A stretch of 64,000 bases of DNA from a virus, in IMG/VR virus record IMGVR_UViG_3300014835_000015, positions 4,477-68,476 of that record; one strand, 5' to 3'. Under the pieces are notes generated by a model. The model was not told where the DNA came from. It saw only the letters and a list, made by a program, of their open reading frames with translations, and did no database searches. Positions 29,930 to 39,350 of the stretch are shown in pieces. The stretch's first letter is position 1. Each line of letters opens with the position of its first letter. Position numbers and translations under genes: made by a program.

Positions 29930-30130
29930 TTACACATAAGTTATTTTATCTTTTAAAGGATGTAAACAATATCTTATTTGATTTACAATCTCAGGGTATT
30001 CTTTTATTTCTTCAGGTAATAGTACCTCAATAGGTCTTTCATTATTATGTTTAATACCTTTAAACATTGTATGTTTTCCTTTGTATGGAAACTCTTGTCT
30101 GTACCCATCAGAATAAATAAAAATAATCAT
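29930..30130 (-). CDS. Hypothetical protein
   Basis: 66-aa ORF, ATGA-coupled to the upstream ORF. Confidence 0.5.
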   Translation of the reverse strand: MIIFIYSDGYRQEFPYKGKHTMFKGIKHNNERPIEVLLPEEIKEYPEIVNQIRYCLHPLKDKITYV

Positions 30131-30300
30131 TTGTCTGCTAACCCATTACCTTCTTTCTCAACCTCTTGAGCCAAGGTGATTAATTGTTGTAATGCTAATT
30201 GAAACAAAGGAGTATTTAATTCTTCATATTTAACATGATTACCTGTCTTACTCCATTGAAGATGATTACTACAAACTATAATTGCTTTATCAGTGTTCAT
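30127..30300 (-). CDS. Hypothetical protein (57 aa)
   Basis: MNTDKAIIVC..LADK; overlaps the lysozyme stop; below the track cutoff. Confidence 0.45.
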   Translation of the reverse strand: MNTDKAIIVCSNHLQWSKTGNHVKYEELNTPLFQLALQQLITLAQEVEKEGNGLADK

Positions 30301-30760
30301 TAAATAATTCCCATTCTGCTTGTCTTCTTTTAGTTAAACCATTAACTTCTTTATGATTTACTTTATTCCACTTAGCAAATTCCACACCTACATCAAAATC
30401 ACCATCATTAATTTTTCTTAATAGTGTAGAAGCTTTAAATGCACCAATACCAACATTATAAATAAAACTAACTAATGCTCCTCTTTGATTTTCTGTAAGT
30501 TTAGTTCTGATAAAGGCAGTTACAGCATCTTCATATTTAACTAAAGTTAAATTAAATAATTCTAATGCTTCTTCTTCTGTTATTGGTTTATCTGAAAGTT
30601 TAACTTTAGTACCATCTAGATACATAGTTGAGCCAATACCAATAGTAGGTACACCAGCAGAACATAAATAAGGTTTAAGTCTAATACCTTCAAAATGTTT
30701 AATTAATTCAATTGCTTTTTGATTTATCATCATTAATCTCTTATCATTTAGTGTAGACAT
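30290..30760 (-). CDS. Endolysin, GH24 (T4-like/RrrD) lysozyme
   Basis: FEGIRLKPYLCSAGVPTIGIG (E-x8-C-x5-T triad), QRGALVSFIYNVG, GLTKRRQAE. Confidence 0.9.
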   Translation of the reverse strand: MSTLNDKRLMMINQKAIELIKHFEGIRLKPYLCSAGVPTIGIGSTMYLDGTKVKLSDKPITEEEALELFNLTLVKYEDAVTAFIRTKLTENQRGALVSFIYNVGIGAFKASTLLRKINDGDFDVGVEFAKWNKVNHKEVNGLTKRRQAEWELFNEH

Positions 30761-31156
30761 AGTATAGAACTAAAAAGAAGAGATAGTCCAATATTTTTTG
30801 AAAAACAAAAAGTTTTCAGAAAAAATAAAAATTATGTACTAACTCAAAAGTTTTACAAAATAAAATAAATTGTGTATGAATCCATTACACTAGGTAGATA
30901 GAATGTTATTAAGAGACCACCCCCCGTATTAAAGTCTTAATCATGTATTTGAAAACATACCCCTACCTTCATATAAGCTCATAGCTCAACGATACACACT
31001 CACTGTGAGTCATTACATTGCTCATGTCTTATCGTTGCTTATACGTCATCCTCGTAGCATATAGAGCTATATATGAAGAGCATTTAATGTAGTAGATACA
31101 ATCATGTGTCTCATCATACGTCATGAGTATGATGCTTAATCCAATTGGAGAGTGTT

Positions 31157-31480
31157 ATGTCTGCATTTACAAAAGAACTACTTACTGCTGTAAGCCAATC
31201 AGTATCACTGTTACCTTTAGTAACTACTGCTACTGGACAGGTTATCGTCAAAACTGCTAGTGCAGCAGTTAATGGTATAACAGCTATTGATGAAGGGTTT
31301 GCATACGGAGCAGACTATATGACTGACATCCGTAAGGATCAGCTTGCTTTATTAGCATTGAAACAAGACTATCGTGATGTCATTGAAACCAAAGCTAAAG
31401 CTGCTGTTGTAGCTGGTGATGAAGATTCAATACTTGCTGCATACAAAAAGATGCAATCTGCATTCGAGGACATCGACTAA
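31157..31480 (+). CDS. First early protein (positional analogue of N4 gp1)
   Basis: ATG at 31157 after GGAGAG; 107 aa; own promoter motif and terminator. Confidence 0.6.
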   Translation: MSAFTKELLTAVSQSVSLLPLVTTATGQVIVKTASAAVNGITAIDEGFAYGADYMTDIRKDQLALLALKQDYRDVIETKAKAAVVAGDEDSILAAYKKMQSAFEDID

Positions 31481-31487
31481 TAACATT

Positions 31488-31509
31488 GACTCAAGGATGA
31501 GTCTCTTTT
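31488..31509 (+). terminator. Intrinsic terminator
   Basis: GACTC-AAGGAT-GAGTC followed by TCTTTT. Confidence 0.55.
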
Positions 31510-31536
31510 AATAACAATAACTAAAGGTGAAGTGTC

Positions 31537-31659
31537 ATGACATACAAAGTAAATACCGATGGAACAATCGAAGTCATCAGCTATGATGAAGAAGAGTTAT
31601 CACTGGAAAGTGGTAATGAATGGTTATCAACTTGGAATGAGGAACATTCTGAAGATTAA
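31537..31659 (+). CDS. 40-aa acidic early microprotein
   Basis: MTYKVNTDGTIEVISYDEEELSLESGNEWLSTWNEEHSED; AAGGTG RBS. Confidence 0.6.
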   Translation: MTYKVNTDGTIEVISYDEEELSLESGNEWLSTWNEEHSED

Positions 31660-31666
31660 ACAATAT

Positions 31667-31696
31667 AGCTACTCTTCGGAGTAGCTTATGTTTTTC
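31667..31696 (+). terminator. Intrinsic terminator with cUUCGg loop
   Basis: AGCTACTC-TTCG-GAGTAGCT then T-rich tail. Confidence 0.7.
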
Positions 31697-31755
31697 ATTT
31701 AAAGCATTTAATGTAATAGAGTAATATTGCTCTATTCCCTGATCAGGAGAGTGTT

Positions 31756-31926
31756 ATGAACCAAGATGAATTAGCTTATCTGCAAGCTTATGAAGCAGAG
31801 AATCAAGTATTCTGGGATGCAGTTGAGTCTATTGACGATGCTGTATGGAATGCTAAATTAGATGATCTTGACCCTAAGATTATCTATCATGATTCAAAAG
31901 GTAACTTATTACCTCGCTGGATGTAA
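31756..31926 (+). CDS. 56-aa acidic early microprotein
   Basis: MNQDELAYLQAYEAENQVFWDAVESIDDAV...; AGGAG RBS. Confidence 0.65.
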   Translation: MNQDELAYLQAYEAENQVFWDAVESIDDAVWNAKLDDLDPKIIYHDSKGNLLPRWM

Positions 31927-32122
31927 CAAAAAAGACTCATTCCTTAATTGGTTTGAGTCTTATTGTTTATCATAAAGCTACACATAAAGCACACAGCAGA
32001 GATAGACAAGTATGAACACTAGAAACAGATAGTCATATAAATATAGACACACTTAGTGTATTTATATATAATACCCTTAAAAGCATTATAATTAACTATA
32101 AAATAACTGTCAAGGAATATTC

Positions 32123-32749
32123 ATGTCTACAAACAACTTTAAAGAAACACCTAGAATTAGAGCTAATAACAAAGCTAAAGTATATGGCATAGGAGTTAAT
32201 GATTCTCCTTATGTAGTTCAATACCTAGAAGAAGGTAAGACTATTACATGTCCATACTTTACAAGATGGAAGAGAATGTTAGAAAGATGTTATTCCCCAA
32301 ATTCTATATCAGAATATCAAACCTATACAAAGACTAAAGTCTGTGATGAATGGTTAATATTTACTAACTTTCGTAATTGGATGATTACTCAACAATGGGA
32401 AGGTAATCATTTAGATAAAGACATCATTGGTGATGGAACTTTATATAGTCCTGAAACTTGTAAATTTATTCCTCAAAGTTTAAATAATTTACTTATGTTA
32501 AACCAAGCTTCAAGAGGAATATATCCTGTAGGTGTTAGTTACATTACTAGAGAAAGGAAATATAGAGCATCTATTTGTATAAACTCAGTTAGAAAAGATA
32601 TTGGTATGTATAAGACAGTAGAAGAAGCTGTTTTTAACTACATAAGAGTTAAGAAAGAACACTTACTTTCTGTTGCTAACTTACAAACAGATATTGATTT
32701 AAAAAATGGATTAATAAAGTTTGCTAACAGTATTACTGTTGATAGTTAA
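32123..32749 (+). mobile_element. HNH-type homing endonuclease
   Basis: VYGIGVND..WKRMLERCY..VCDEWL..LDKDI..YSPETC; paralogue of 42132. Confidence 0.75.
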
Positions 32750-32878
32750 ACACTAATGTAATGTTATAACATAACACTTACAATGTATAAACATAAAAGC
32801 ATTCTATGTAATAGAACTTCTTAGAAGTATCTTTCAATGTGGTGTTCCACCACTCAAATACATTATTGGAGAATTACT

Positions 32879-33454
32879 ATGGAACTCTATTGCTTAACAT
32901 TTCCGAACAACAAAAAATATATTGGTATTACATCTAAAACTGTACAACAAAGATTTAATGCTCATTGTGCAATAAAAGAAAGTAGACGTAATGCTTGTCA
33001 ACATGCTATCCATAAGTTTGGTAAAGAAAATATACTTCTAACTACTTTAGCTATAACAAATAGTTGGGAACTATTGTGTTTAGCAGAAATTGAAGTCATT
33101 GAAAAGTATAATACCTTTGGTTCAGAAGGTTACAATCTAACTATTGGTAGTGAAGGTTACTGTATAAACTCAACTAAAACCAGTAAAGATTACTCAGAAA
33201 CGTACAGATTATCTAACTCTGAATATATTAAAAAATATACTGAGAAATATAAAGAACAAAAGAAACTTTACGATATTCAATATATTGCTAAAAATAAAGA
33301 AGTAATGAAACAAAAAGCTAAAGTAAAGTTAGCTAACAAAATAGCTTCTATGTCTGAAGAAGAATTACTTATAAAGAAACAAAAGAAAATTGCTTATGAT
33401 TTAGTATACAAAGAAAGAAGATCTTTATTAAGAAAACTTAGTAAACAAAGATAG
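32879..33454 (+). mobile_element. GIY-YIG homing endonuclease
   Basis: LYCLTFPNNKKYIGIT..RFNAH..E..IEKYNT..GYN; probable ATG at 32879. Confidence 0.8.
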
Positions 33455-33557
33455 TCTATTGTGGTTGTTACCAACCACTTTAAACACACTTGGTTTAAAA
33501 GCTTAAAAGCATTTTATGTGTTGGAATAATCCACTAACAATTATAAAGGTGAATAAT

Positions 33558-33815
33558 ATGCACGTTGATTACATCGTAAAACAACTTAACAAATCTGATA
33601 ATACTTTACTTGTTAAAGTAACAAACCAACTTAACTTGAAAGCAAAGCAAACTGCTTTTAATGCTTCATCTGTTAAATCTTGCCCTTTAATGCCTGAAAG
33701 TGTTAAAGAAAGTATTACTCAAGAAGCTAATGATTCAGCAATAATCTTAGAACATTTCTTAGGTACTATGCAGATGTTTCAAAACATGTTAAACAAGGAG
33801 AACTCTAATGATTAA
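33558..33815 (+). CDS. Hypothetical early protein
   Basis: Probable start MHVDY after AAGGTG. Confidence 0.55.
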   Translation: MHVDYIVKQLNKSDNTLLVKVTNQLNLKAKQTAFNASSVKSCPLMPESVKESITQEANDSAIILEHFLGTMQMFQNMLNKENSND

Positions 33816-34185
33816 GATAGTAAAAGTATATGACAAACAAGTCGTAGGAACTCACAGAGAATACTGTGGTAGACCTGGTAAAGGTGAATTAGGATTATTA
33901 GGTAACTCATTCGCTGCTAATGTAACTCACTCAAATAGAGATGAAGTATGTGATAAATTTCATGAATACTTTCACTCTAACATCCCTCAACGTGCAAAAG
34001 AACTTGTTGAAATAGCTAAAACTCAAGATATTGAATTAGCTTGTTTCTGTCAATCACCCCATGATGTTGTTAAGAAAAGATGTCATACCGAAACAATTAA
34101 AGCTTATATAGAATCTCAACTTAATAAACCAGTAATGACCTATGTTAATGGTGATTGGGTTGATGCTAGAACACTTATAATGTAA
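33808..34185 (+). CDS. DUF4326 family protein
   Basis: YCGRPG..LGNSF..RDEVCDKF..LACFC..CH motifs. Confidence 0.75.
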   Translation: MIKIVKVYDKQVVGTHREYCGRPGKGELGLLGNSFAANVTHSNRDEVCDKFHEYFHSNIPQRAKELVEIAKTQDIELACFCQSPHDVVKKRCHTETIKAYIESQLNKPVMTYVNGDWVDARTLIM

Positions 34186-34285
34186 TTAGCGAAAGAGAAC
34201 GAAGTCATTAAGACGGAGTTCTCTGAGCGTTAAAGGGCATTTTATGTAGAAGACAATTGTGTCTTAATTTATTGGAGTATGTGTT

Positions 34286-34678
34286 ATGAAAGTATTAGTT
34301 GCTGGTGGTAGAGACTTTGATGATTATGATCGTCTTAAGTCTGATTTAGATACTCTTAAACCAACTACTATTATTAGTGGTATGGCTAGAGGAGCTGATA
34401 GTTTAGGGGCTATATATGCTTCTAAACATTGTGGATTACAAACATTTCCTGCTGATTGGAATCGTTATGGTAAAAGTGCAGGTTACAAACGTAATCAACA
34501 AATGCTTGATGAAGGTAAACCAAACTTAGTATTAATCTATTGGGATGGTACTTCTAAAGGTACTGGTCACATGGTTGATATTGCTAAGAAAGCTGGTATC
34601 AAAACTGTAATTAAATATTATGGTGTTGATGCTCATAACTTAAACCAAGCTCATGAAATAGAACAATCATCTTACTAA
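34286..34678 (+). CDS. DUF2493/YspA SLOG-family protein
   Basis: VLVAGGRDF..IISGMARGAD..PADW..AGYKRNQQML..SKGTGHMV. Confidence 0.85.
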   Translation: MKVLVAGGRDFDDYDRLKSDLDTLKPTTIISGMARGADSLGAIYASKHCGLQTFPADWNRYGKSAGYKRNQQMLDEGKPNLVLIYWDGTSKGTGHMVDIAKKAGIKTVIKYYGVDAHNLNQAHEIEQSSY

Positions 34679-34688
34679 GGGGAATACT

Positions 34689-34853
34689 ATGTACGCATTA
34701 CAAACACTATATGATGAGTTTATTACCACAATTGATGGTAGAGGTTACTATACCTCAAATGTCTCATCTGAAAATGCTCTAACTTGGGACACATTAGAAG
34801 AAGCACAAGCTGTTGCTGATTGCTTTGATAATGTTGCTGTTGTAGAACTTTAA
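34689..34853 (+). CDS. 54-aa acidic hypothetical protein
   Basis: AAGGG RBS; MYALQTLYDEF..VVEL; below the track cutoff. Confidence 0.5.
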   Translation: MYALQTLYDEFITTIDGRGYYTSNVSSENALTWDTLEEAQAVADCFDNVAVVEL

Positions 34854-35064
34854 CATAACATAGCTCAAGGATGAGCTTTAAAGGAGTATTTATGTGGAAA
34901 GTAAACGAGAATCTCATTATCCATTGCGATAATAAACCACCTCCATTTGAACCAAGAAATATATGGATACTCATCCCTCTCTTGATTCTACTGGTTTACT
35001 TAATGTTCAAACACCTTCATTAAGACACCAAATATTTGATTTAAGACACTTTAGGAGAAAACCT

Positions 35065-35229
35065 ATGTCGTATTATAAGAACAAACAAATTGAAGCTGAG
35101 GATGAAAGAATTGTCCTCTTTGCTGAACAAAAAGCTATTCTTAAAGCTTACATAGCTGAACAAAAAGCTCAACAAGAAGCACAAGCTAATATGTACTCGT
35201 ATACTCTTAAAGAGTTTGGTTTACTCTAA
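35065..35229 (+). CDS. Hypothetical protein
   Basis: AGGAG RBS supports MSYYKN rather than the track start at 34963. Confidence 0.5.
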   Translation: MSYYKNKQIEAEDERIVLFAEQKAILKAYIAEQKAQQEAQANMYSYTLKEFGLL

Positions 35230-35453
35230 TGCAGTGTGAAAAGGTGAGAAGTGATTTAAGATCACGTTATGGTACAAGATTACCTACGCAACAGTGTAGT
35301 AAGAATGCTGTAATAGAGGCATCTGATGGAAGAAATCTTTGTAGTAAGTGTTTTAATACTTGGTATAAAAAGAACTATCCTGAAGATACTAAAACTATTA
35401 AAGATTCTTACAAAACCACTCCTGCTAACTATTTTAGGTTTATAAAAGACTAA
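35229..35453 (+). CDS. Small Cys-containing (Zn-binding-like) protein
   Basis: QC..QC..LCSKC. Confidence 0.5.
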   Translation: MQCEKVRSDLRSRYGTRLPTQQCSKNAVIEASDGRNLCSKCFNTWYKKNYPEDTKTIKDSYKTTPANYFRFIKD

Positions 35454-35555
35454 TTATAAAACACCAGTTATCTATTAGCTGGTGTTTACTTAAGCTTAAA
35501 AGCATTTTATGTAGTGGAATAATATCGTTCCTATTAATTATAAAAGGTGAATATC

Positions 35556-35915
35556 ATGGCTTATACAGAACAAGCTCCATCAGTAGCTAACACAAACACT
35601 GCAAAACAAGCTTTCATTAACAGTGAAGCTGGTGATCAATTAGGCTTCTTCAGTCTTTCAAATCACATAAACGAAAATCAATTTCAACGTGTATTGGTTG
35701 CGTTAAATGACCCTGAAAAACAACGTAAATTAAGAGTTGTTGAAGGCAAAAACAAGAATGGTAAGGCTTATGCAACAGTCAGAAATCCTTCTGATGTTGT
35801 ATTAGGTATCTTATCTGGATACTCTGCATCAACAATTCTTGCAATTGGTGTTGGAACAGCAATATTCCATGATGCAACTCCTATTGAAGATGTAACTGAC
35901 ATCTTGAACTTCTAA
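35556..35915 (+). CDS. Hypothetical protein in its own promoter-terminator cassette
   Basis: AAGGTG RBS; promoter motif at 35497; terminator at 35922. Confidence 0.65.
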   Translation: MAYTEQAPSVANTNTAKQAFINSEAGDQLGFFSLSNHINENQFQRVLVALNDPEKQRKLRVVEGKNKNGKAYATVRNPSDVVLGILSGYSASTILAIGVGTAIFHDATPIEDVTDILNF

Positions 35916-35921
35916 ACTATT

Positions 35922-35950
35922 GGACTCCTTAATTGGAGTCCTTTGTTTTT
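35922..35950 (+). terminator. Intrinsic terminator
   Basis: GGACTC-CTTAATTG-GAGTCC-TTTGTTTTT. Confidence 0.7.
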
Positions 35951-36145
35951 CTTATATCAGCAAAGTGGCTTTCAGCCACTTTACTCCCAAAGCCTAATAT
36001 GGTGTGTTATTCACTTCTTATTAGATAGTCCTTTTTATTAAGTTTAAAAGCATTTTATGTGTTGGTAAAACTCGTTACCACTCAACCACTTGTTTTAAAA
36101 ACTTTTGTGTGTTGAAAAATTACTTTAACTTTTGTGAGGTGTGTT

Positions 36146-36379
36146 ATGTCTGTAGCTGTATTGAAATTAGAAGATGAAACTCTTGTTGCTTTTAACTTAA
36201 ACATGGTTTCTCGTATGGATATGAATAAAGATGAGTTTTACTTTATTCATGAAGGTGTGCTGTACACAACGTCAGATAATAAAGGTTCATCAAGAAGATT
36301 AAGATTACATCCTTCTACATTAGAAGAAGGAAACATATATAGCCCTAAAGCTATGTTTGATAAATTCTGTAATCTTTAA
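36146..36379 (+). CDS. Hypothetical protein
   Basis: GAGGT RBS; ORF track. Confidence 0.55.
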   Translation: MSVAVLKLEDETLVAFNLNMVSRMDMNKDEFYFIHEGVLYTTSDNKGSSRRLRLHPSTLEEGNIYSPKAMFDKFCNL

Positions 36380-36390
36380 GGAGTTAAACC

Positions 36391-36984
36391 ATGAGTTATT
36401 CATCTGATAAAAATACTATTCCTGATAGTAAAGTTCCTGCATTTAGAGATGAGTTTGAATTCCTCTCTAATATGTATTCTTGTAAAGTTCAAGAATTTTC
36501 TTGTGTTGAATCTTACTTTCAAGCTATGAAATGTCCAGATAGAGCTAATGAATTCATTGATTTAAACGGTTATCAAGCTAAAACTCTTGGAAGAAAGGTT
36601 AAGCTTAGAGCTAACTGGAATGATGAAAGAATCTTAGTTATGAGAAGTATCTTATTCTTGAAATTTCAAGGTGAATTACTTGAAAGACTTCAAGCAATTG
36701 AAGGGGAAATAGTTGAGAGAAATACTTGGAATGATACATTCTGGGGGATGTGTAATGGTAAAGGAGAAAACCATTTAGGCAAATTATTGATGGAAGTTAG
36801 AGATGCTGAAGTAAGACCATTCATTCATGACTTAGAACAAGCTAGAGAAGCTAAGAAAGACTTTGAAGAAGATGGTTATGGTATTTATGTAGATTGGCTT
36901 AATTCTCTTGTTTTAGAGAAAGATGGTACAACATACATAGGTATGATAATACCTGTAACTTATGAGGTATGGCAAACATTGTAA
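36391..36984 (+). CDS. NADAR (YbiA/DUF1768) family hydrolase with C-terminal extension
   Basis: FLSN, ESYFQAMK, AKTLGR, WNDERILVM, ERNTWNDTFWG, GENHLGKLLMEVR. Confidence 0.9.
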   Translation: MSYSSDKNTIPDSKVPAFRDEFEFLSNMYSCKVQEFSCVESYFQAMKCPDRANEFIDLNGYQAKTLGRKVKLRANWNDERILVMRSILFLKFQGELLERLQAIEGEIVERNTWNDTFWGMCNGKGENHLGKLLMEVRDAEVRPFIHDLEQAREAKKDFEEDGYGIYVDWLNSLVLEKDGTTYIGMIIPVTYEVWQTL

Positions 36985-37038
36985 TTGATAGATAGTGGTC
37001 TAACGACCACTACTTTCCACTAATTAGGAGCATTTATC

Positions 37039-37230
37039 ATGGCAAGACCGTTAATACAAATGGCATTAGATTCATTAGATTTCGATGTCAAACCTCAGAC
37101 AGAACCATTCTATTTATATGTTTTTGACGATTTCTTGTGTCCTACAATAGATTATAAAAAGACTCCTATTCCTAAACCAAGTAAGAATATGTATCAAACA
37201 AAACGTGGTAAGTGGATTAACTGTAAATAA
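37039..37230 (+). CDS. Hypothetical protein
   Basis: AGGAG RBS; 63 aa. Confidence 0.5.
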   Translation: MARPLIQMALDSLDFDVKPQTEPFYLYVFDDFLCPTIDYKKTPIPKPSKNMYQTKRGKWINCK

Positions 37231-37246
37231 CTTTTGGAGATAACTA

Positions 37247-38164
37247 ATGTTAGATAGATTAGCTCAGATAGTCAACGAGGATTTGTATAGTAAGAAGCAT
37301 GTCAGAAGACTTGTCAGGGAAGATATTGAACGTAACTTAGATGGAAAGATTACCCAATGTAAACAGTTACTCGCAGACTTCCTTGCACAAGAATACTTAT
37401 ATTCAAGAGGTGCAAGAATCACTCATCTATGTGATCATTTGTATAATGGTTACATATCAGGTGATGAGATAGTCCTAGATGTTTTAGTAGCTTGTCTTGG
37501 TTCAGAATCACAGTCTATACAAGCTGTGTGTGGTGCTATTTATCCATCTCTTAAATACTTGGAGGATATTAATGGTGTAAAGATGGTAGCAGATATATTG
37601 TTTGTTCTGTGTGAATCAGACTTATATGACATCTATCATAATACACAGAAAGAGTTATGTATTAGAAGTGTGTACAAGCTTGAACCAATAACATTACAGG
37701 CTATTAATAGAACTAAGTTTCTACCACCAATGTTATGTAAACCAAACAAAGTTGTTAGTAATAATGACTGTGGTTTCATTACATTCAAAGAACATTGTGT
37801 CTTAAAAAGACATAATCATCATGATTTACCAATTTCACTTGATGTATTAAATATCCAGAATGCAATAGAACTTTGTTTAGACCCATTCGTACTTGAGTTC
37901 GAGAAAGAGTTTAAGATGAAGGATGAATACAAAGATAAAACTGTACTTCAGTTAAAAGAAATTCAAGATCAGTTTGAATTACAGAAAACTGAGACTTATG
38001 CTTTGTACGAAGATTTATTAGATAGAGTGTTTCATCTACTACACAGGAATGATTCTCGCGGAAGACTTTATTCAAGTGGATATAGTATTAACTACCAATC
38101 ATCCGAGTATGATAAAGCGATGATTAATATAACAAAAAAAGAATTTATTGAGGTGACACAATGA
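37247..38164 (+). CDS. RNA polymerase II subunit 1 (N4 gp15-like)
   Basis: FLPPMLCKP, CVLKRHNHH, LDVLNIQN, NDSRGRLYSSGYSINYQS. Confidence 0.9.
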   Translation: MLDRLAQIVNEDLYSKKHVRRLVREDIERNLDGKITQCKQLLADFLAQEYLYSRGARITHLCDHLYNGYISGDEIVLDVLVACLGSESQSIQAVCGAIYPSLKYLEDINGVKMVADILFVLCESDLYDIYHNTQKELCIRSVYKLEPITLQAINRTKFLPPMLCKPNKVVSNNDCGFITFKEHCVLKRHNHHDLPISLDVLNIQNAIELCLDPFVLEFEKEFKMKDEYKDKTVLQLKEIQDQFELQKTETYALYEDLLDRVFHLLHRNDSRGRLYSSGYSINYQSSEYDKAMINITKKEFIEVTQ

Positions 38165-38310
38165 GTATTACATCTTTAATGAATTTACTTAGTATATTTT
38201 CTGAAGGTTTAAAATCCTTAGAACTTATGCCTAAACAAGTTCGTGAAACAGAAAAAAGAAGAATTATTAACAAGCTTGAGTTATTACTTGAGCAAGTTAA
38301 AGAACTATAA
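38161..38310 (+). CDS. 49-aa hypothetical protein between the RNAP subunits
   Basis: ATGA overlap with the RNAP1 stop; GAGGT RBS. Confidence 0.5.
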   Translation: MSITSLMNLLSIFSEGLKSLELMPKQVRETEKRRIINKLELLLEQVKEL

Positions 38311-38335
38311 CAATAACTTAAAAAGGTGAATTACT

Positions 38336-39343
38336 ATGCAACCAATAACTCCGTATGAATACCTCCTAATAGATGTAGCAAGTCAAGTAGGATTGGATAA
38401 AGAAACGTGGGGAGATAGAATTGAATGGACTAGAGACAATATGTCTCAGCTTGAAGATGGTATAGCTATAGCAAAGAAACCGTTATTGTTTGCTAAGGCT
38501 GTTAATGCACTTCGTATGGTACAGAGAGGAGAAGAAACTAATCATGTAATAGGTCTTGATGCTAGTGCATCGGGAATAAGTATTGCTGGTTTGTTAGTTG
38601 GTTGTGAGAAAACCCTGATTCAAACCAATCTAATAAATACTGGTAAGGTACAGGATGTGTATTCTAATCTTACACAGGAGATGAATAATCATTTAGATAC
38701 TGAAATTCAGGTAGCTAGAGATGATGCTAAATCAGCCTTAATGAAAGGAGGAATCTATGGTTCTACAAGAATACCAAAAGAATTGTTTGGTGAAGGTACA
38801 CCTGAACTAACTCAGTTTTATGCTGCACAACAAGAAATAGTTCCATGTACTGTTGAGATAGCTAAAGACTTAAAGTCTGCTTGGAATACTAAGAAAGGTG
38901 ATTATACATGGACATTGTGGGATGGACATACAGCTAGAGTATTAGCTCATGAAGCAGAGAATACATCTCTTCGTATAAGAGATATTCACGGAACTAAGAG
39001 TTCATTCACTTATGAGTATATGAAACAAGGTGTACTTACCGATTATAGCATTCCTATCATTGCAAATATTGTACAAAGTTGTGATGCCTGTATTTGTAGA
39101 GAGTTAATCAGAAGATGTTATAAGAGTGGTTTTAATATATTAACCATTCATGATGCTTTCTACTGTCATCCAAACAATGTACATGTAATGCGACAACATT
39201 ACTTAGACATCTGTATCTCTCTTTATAAGATGAATTACTTGTCTAACATCATCTCAGAACTATTGGGTCGTAAGGTGATTTATAAACAATGGGATACTAA
39301 TTTAGAAGGTAAAATGAGAGACGCTGAATATTTCCTATCTTAA
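38336..39343 (+). CDS. RNA polymerase II subunit 2 (N4 gp16-like)
   Basis: YLLIDVASQVGLDKETW, motif A GLDASASG, motif B RDDAK..IYGS, motif C IHDAFYCHPN. Confidence 0.92.
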   Translation: MQPITPYEYLLIDVASQVGLDKETWGDRIEWTRDNMSQLEDGIAIAKKPLLFAKAVNALRMVQRGEETNHVIGLDASASGISIAGLLVGCEKTLIQTNLINTGKVQDVYSNLTQEMNNHLDTEIQVARDDAKSALMKGGIYGSTRIPKELFGEGTPELTQFYAAQQEIVPCTVEIAKDLKSAWNTKKGDYTWTLWDGHTARVLAHEAENTSLRIRDIHGTKSSFTYEYMKQGVLTDYSIPIIANIVQSCDACICRELIRRCYKSGFNILTIHDAFYCHPNNVHVMRQHYLDICISLYKMNYLSNIISELLGRKVIYKQWDTNLEGKMRDAEYFLS

Positions 39344-39350
39344 ACAAACA

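Larger units (their letters stand above)
31076..36111 (+). promoter_or_regulatory. Repeated phage-specific promoter-like motif TAAAAGCATTT(T/A)ATGT(A/G)
   Basis: Copies at about 31076, 31700, 32078, 32794, 33504, 34231, 35497, 36045; variants at 36096 and 51113; all upstream of plus-strand genes. Confidence 0.7.

Noticed and set aside
35556-35915. Orthologue of N4 gp2 (RNAPII-recruiting SSB)
   Set aside because: Size and cassette position fit, but I could not recognise gp2 sequence motifs; left as hypothetical.
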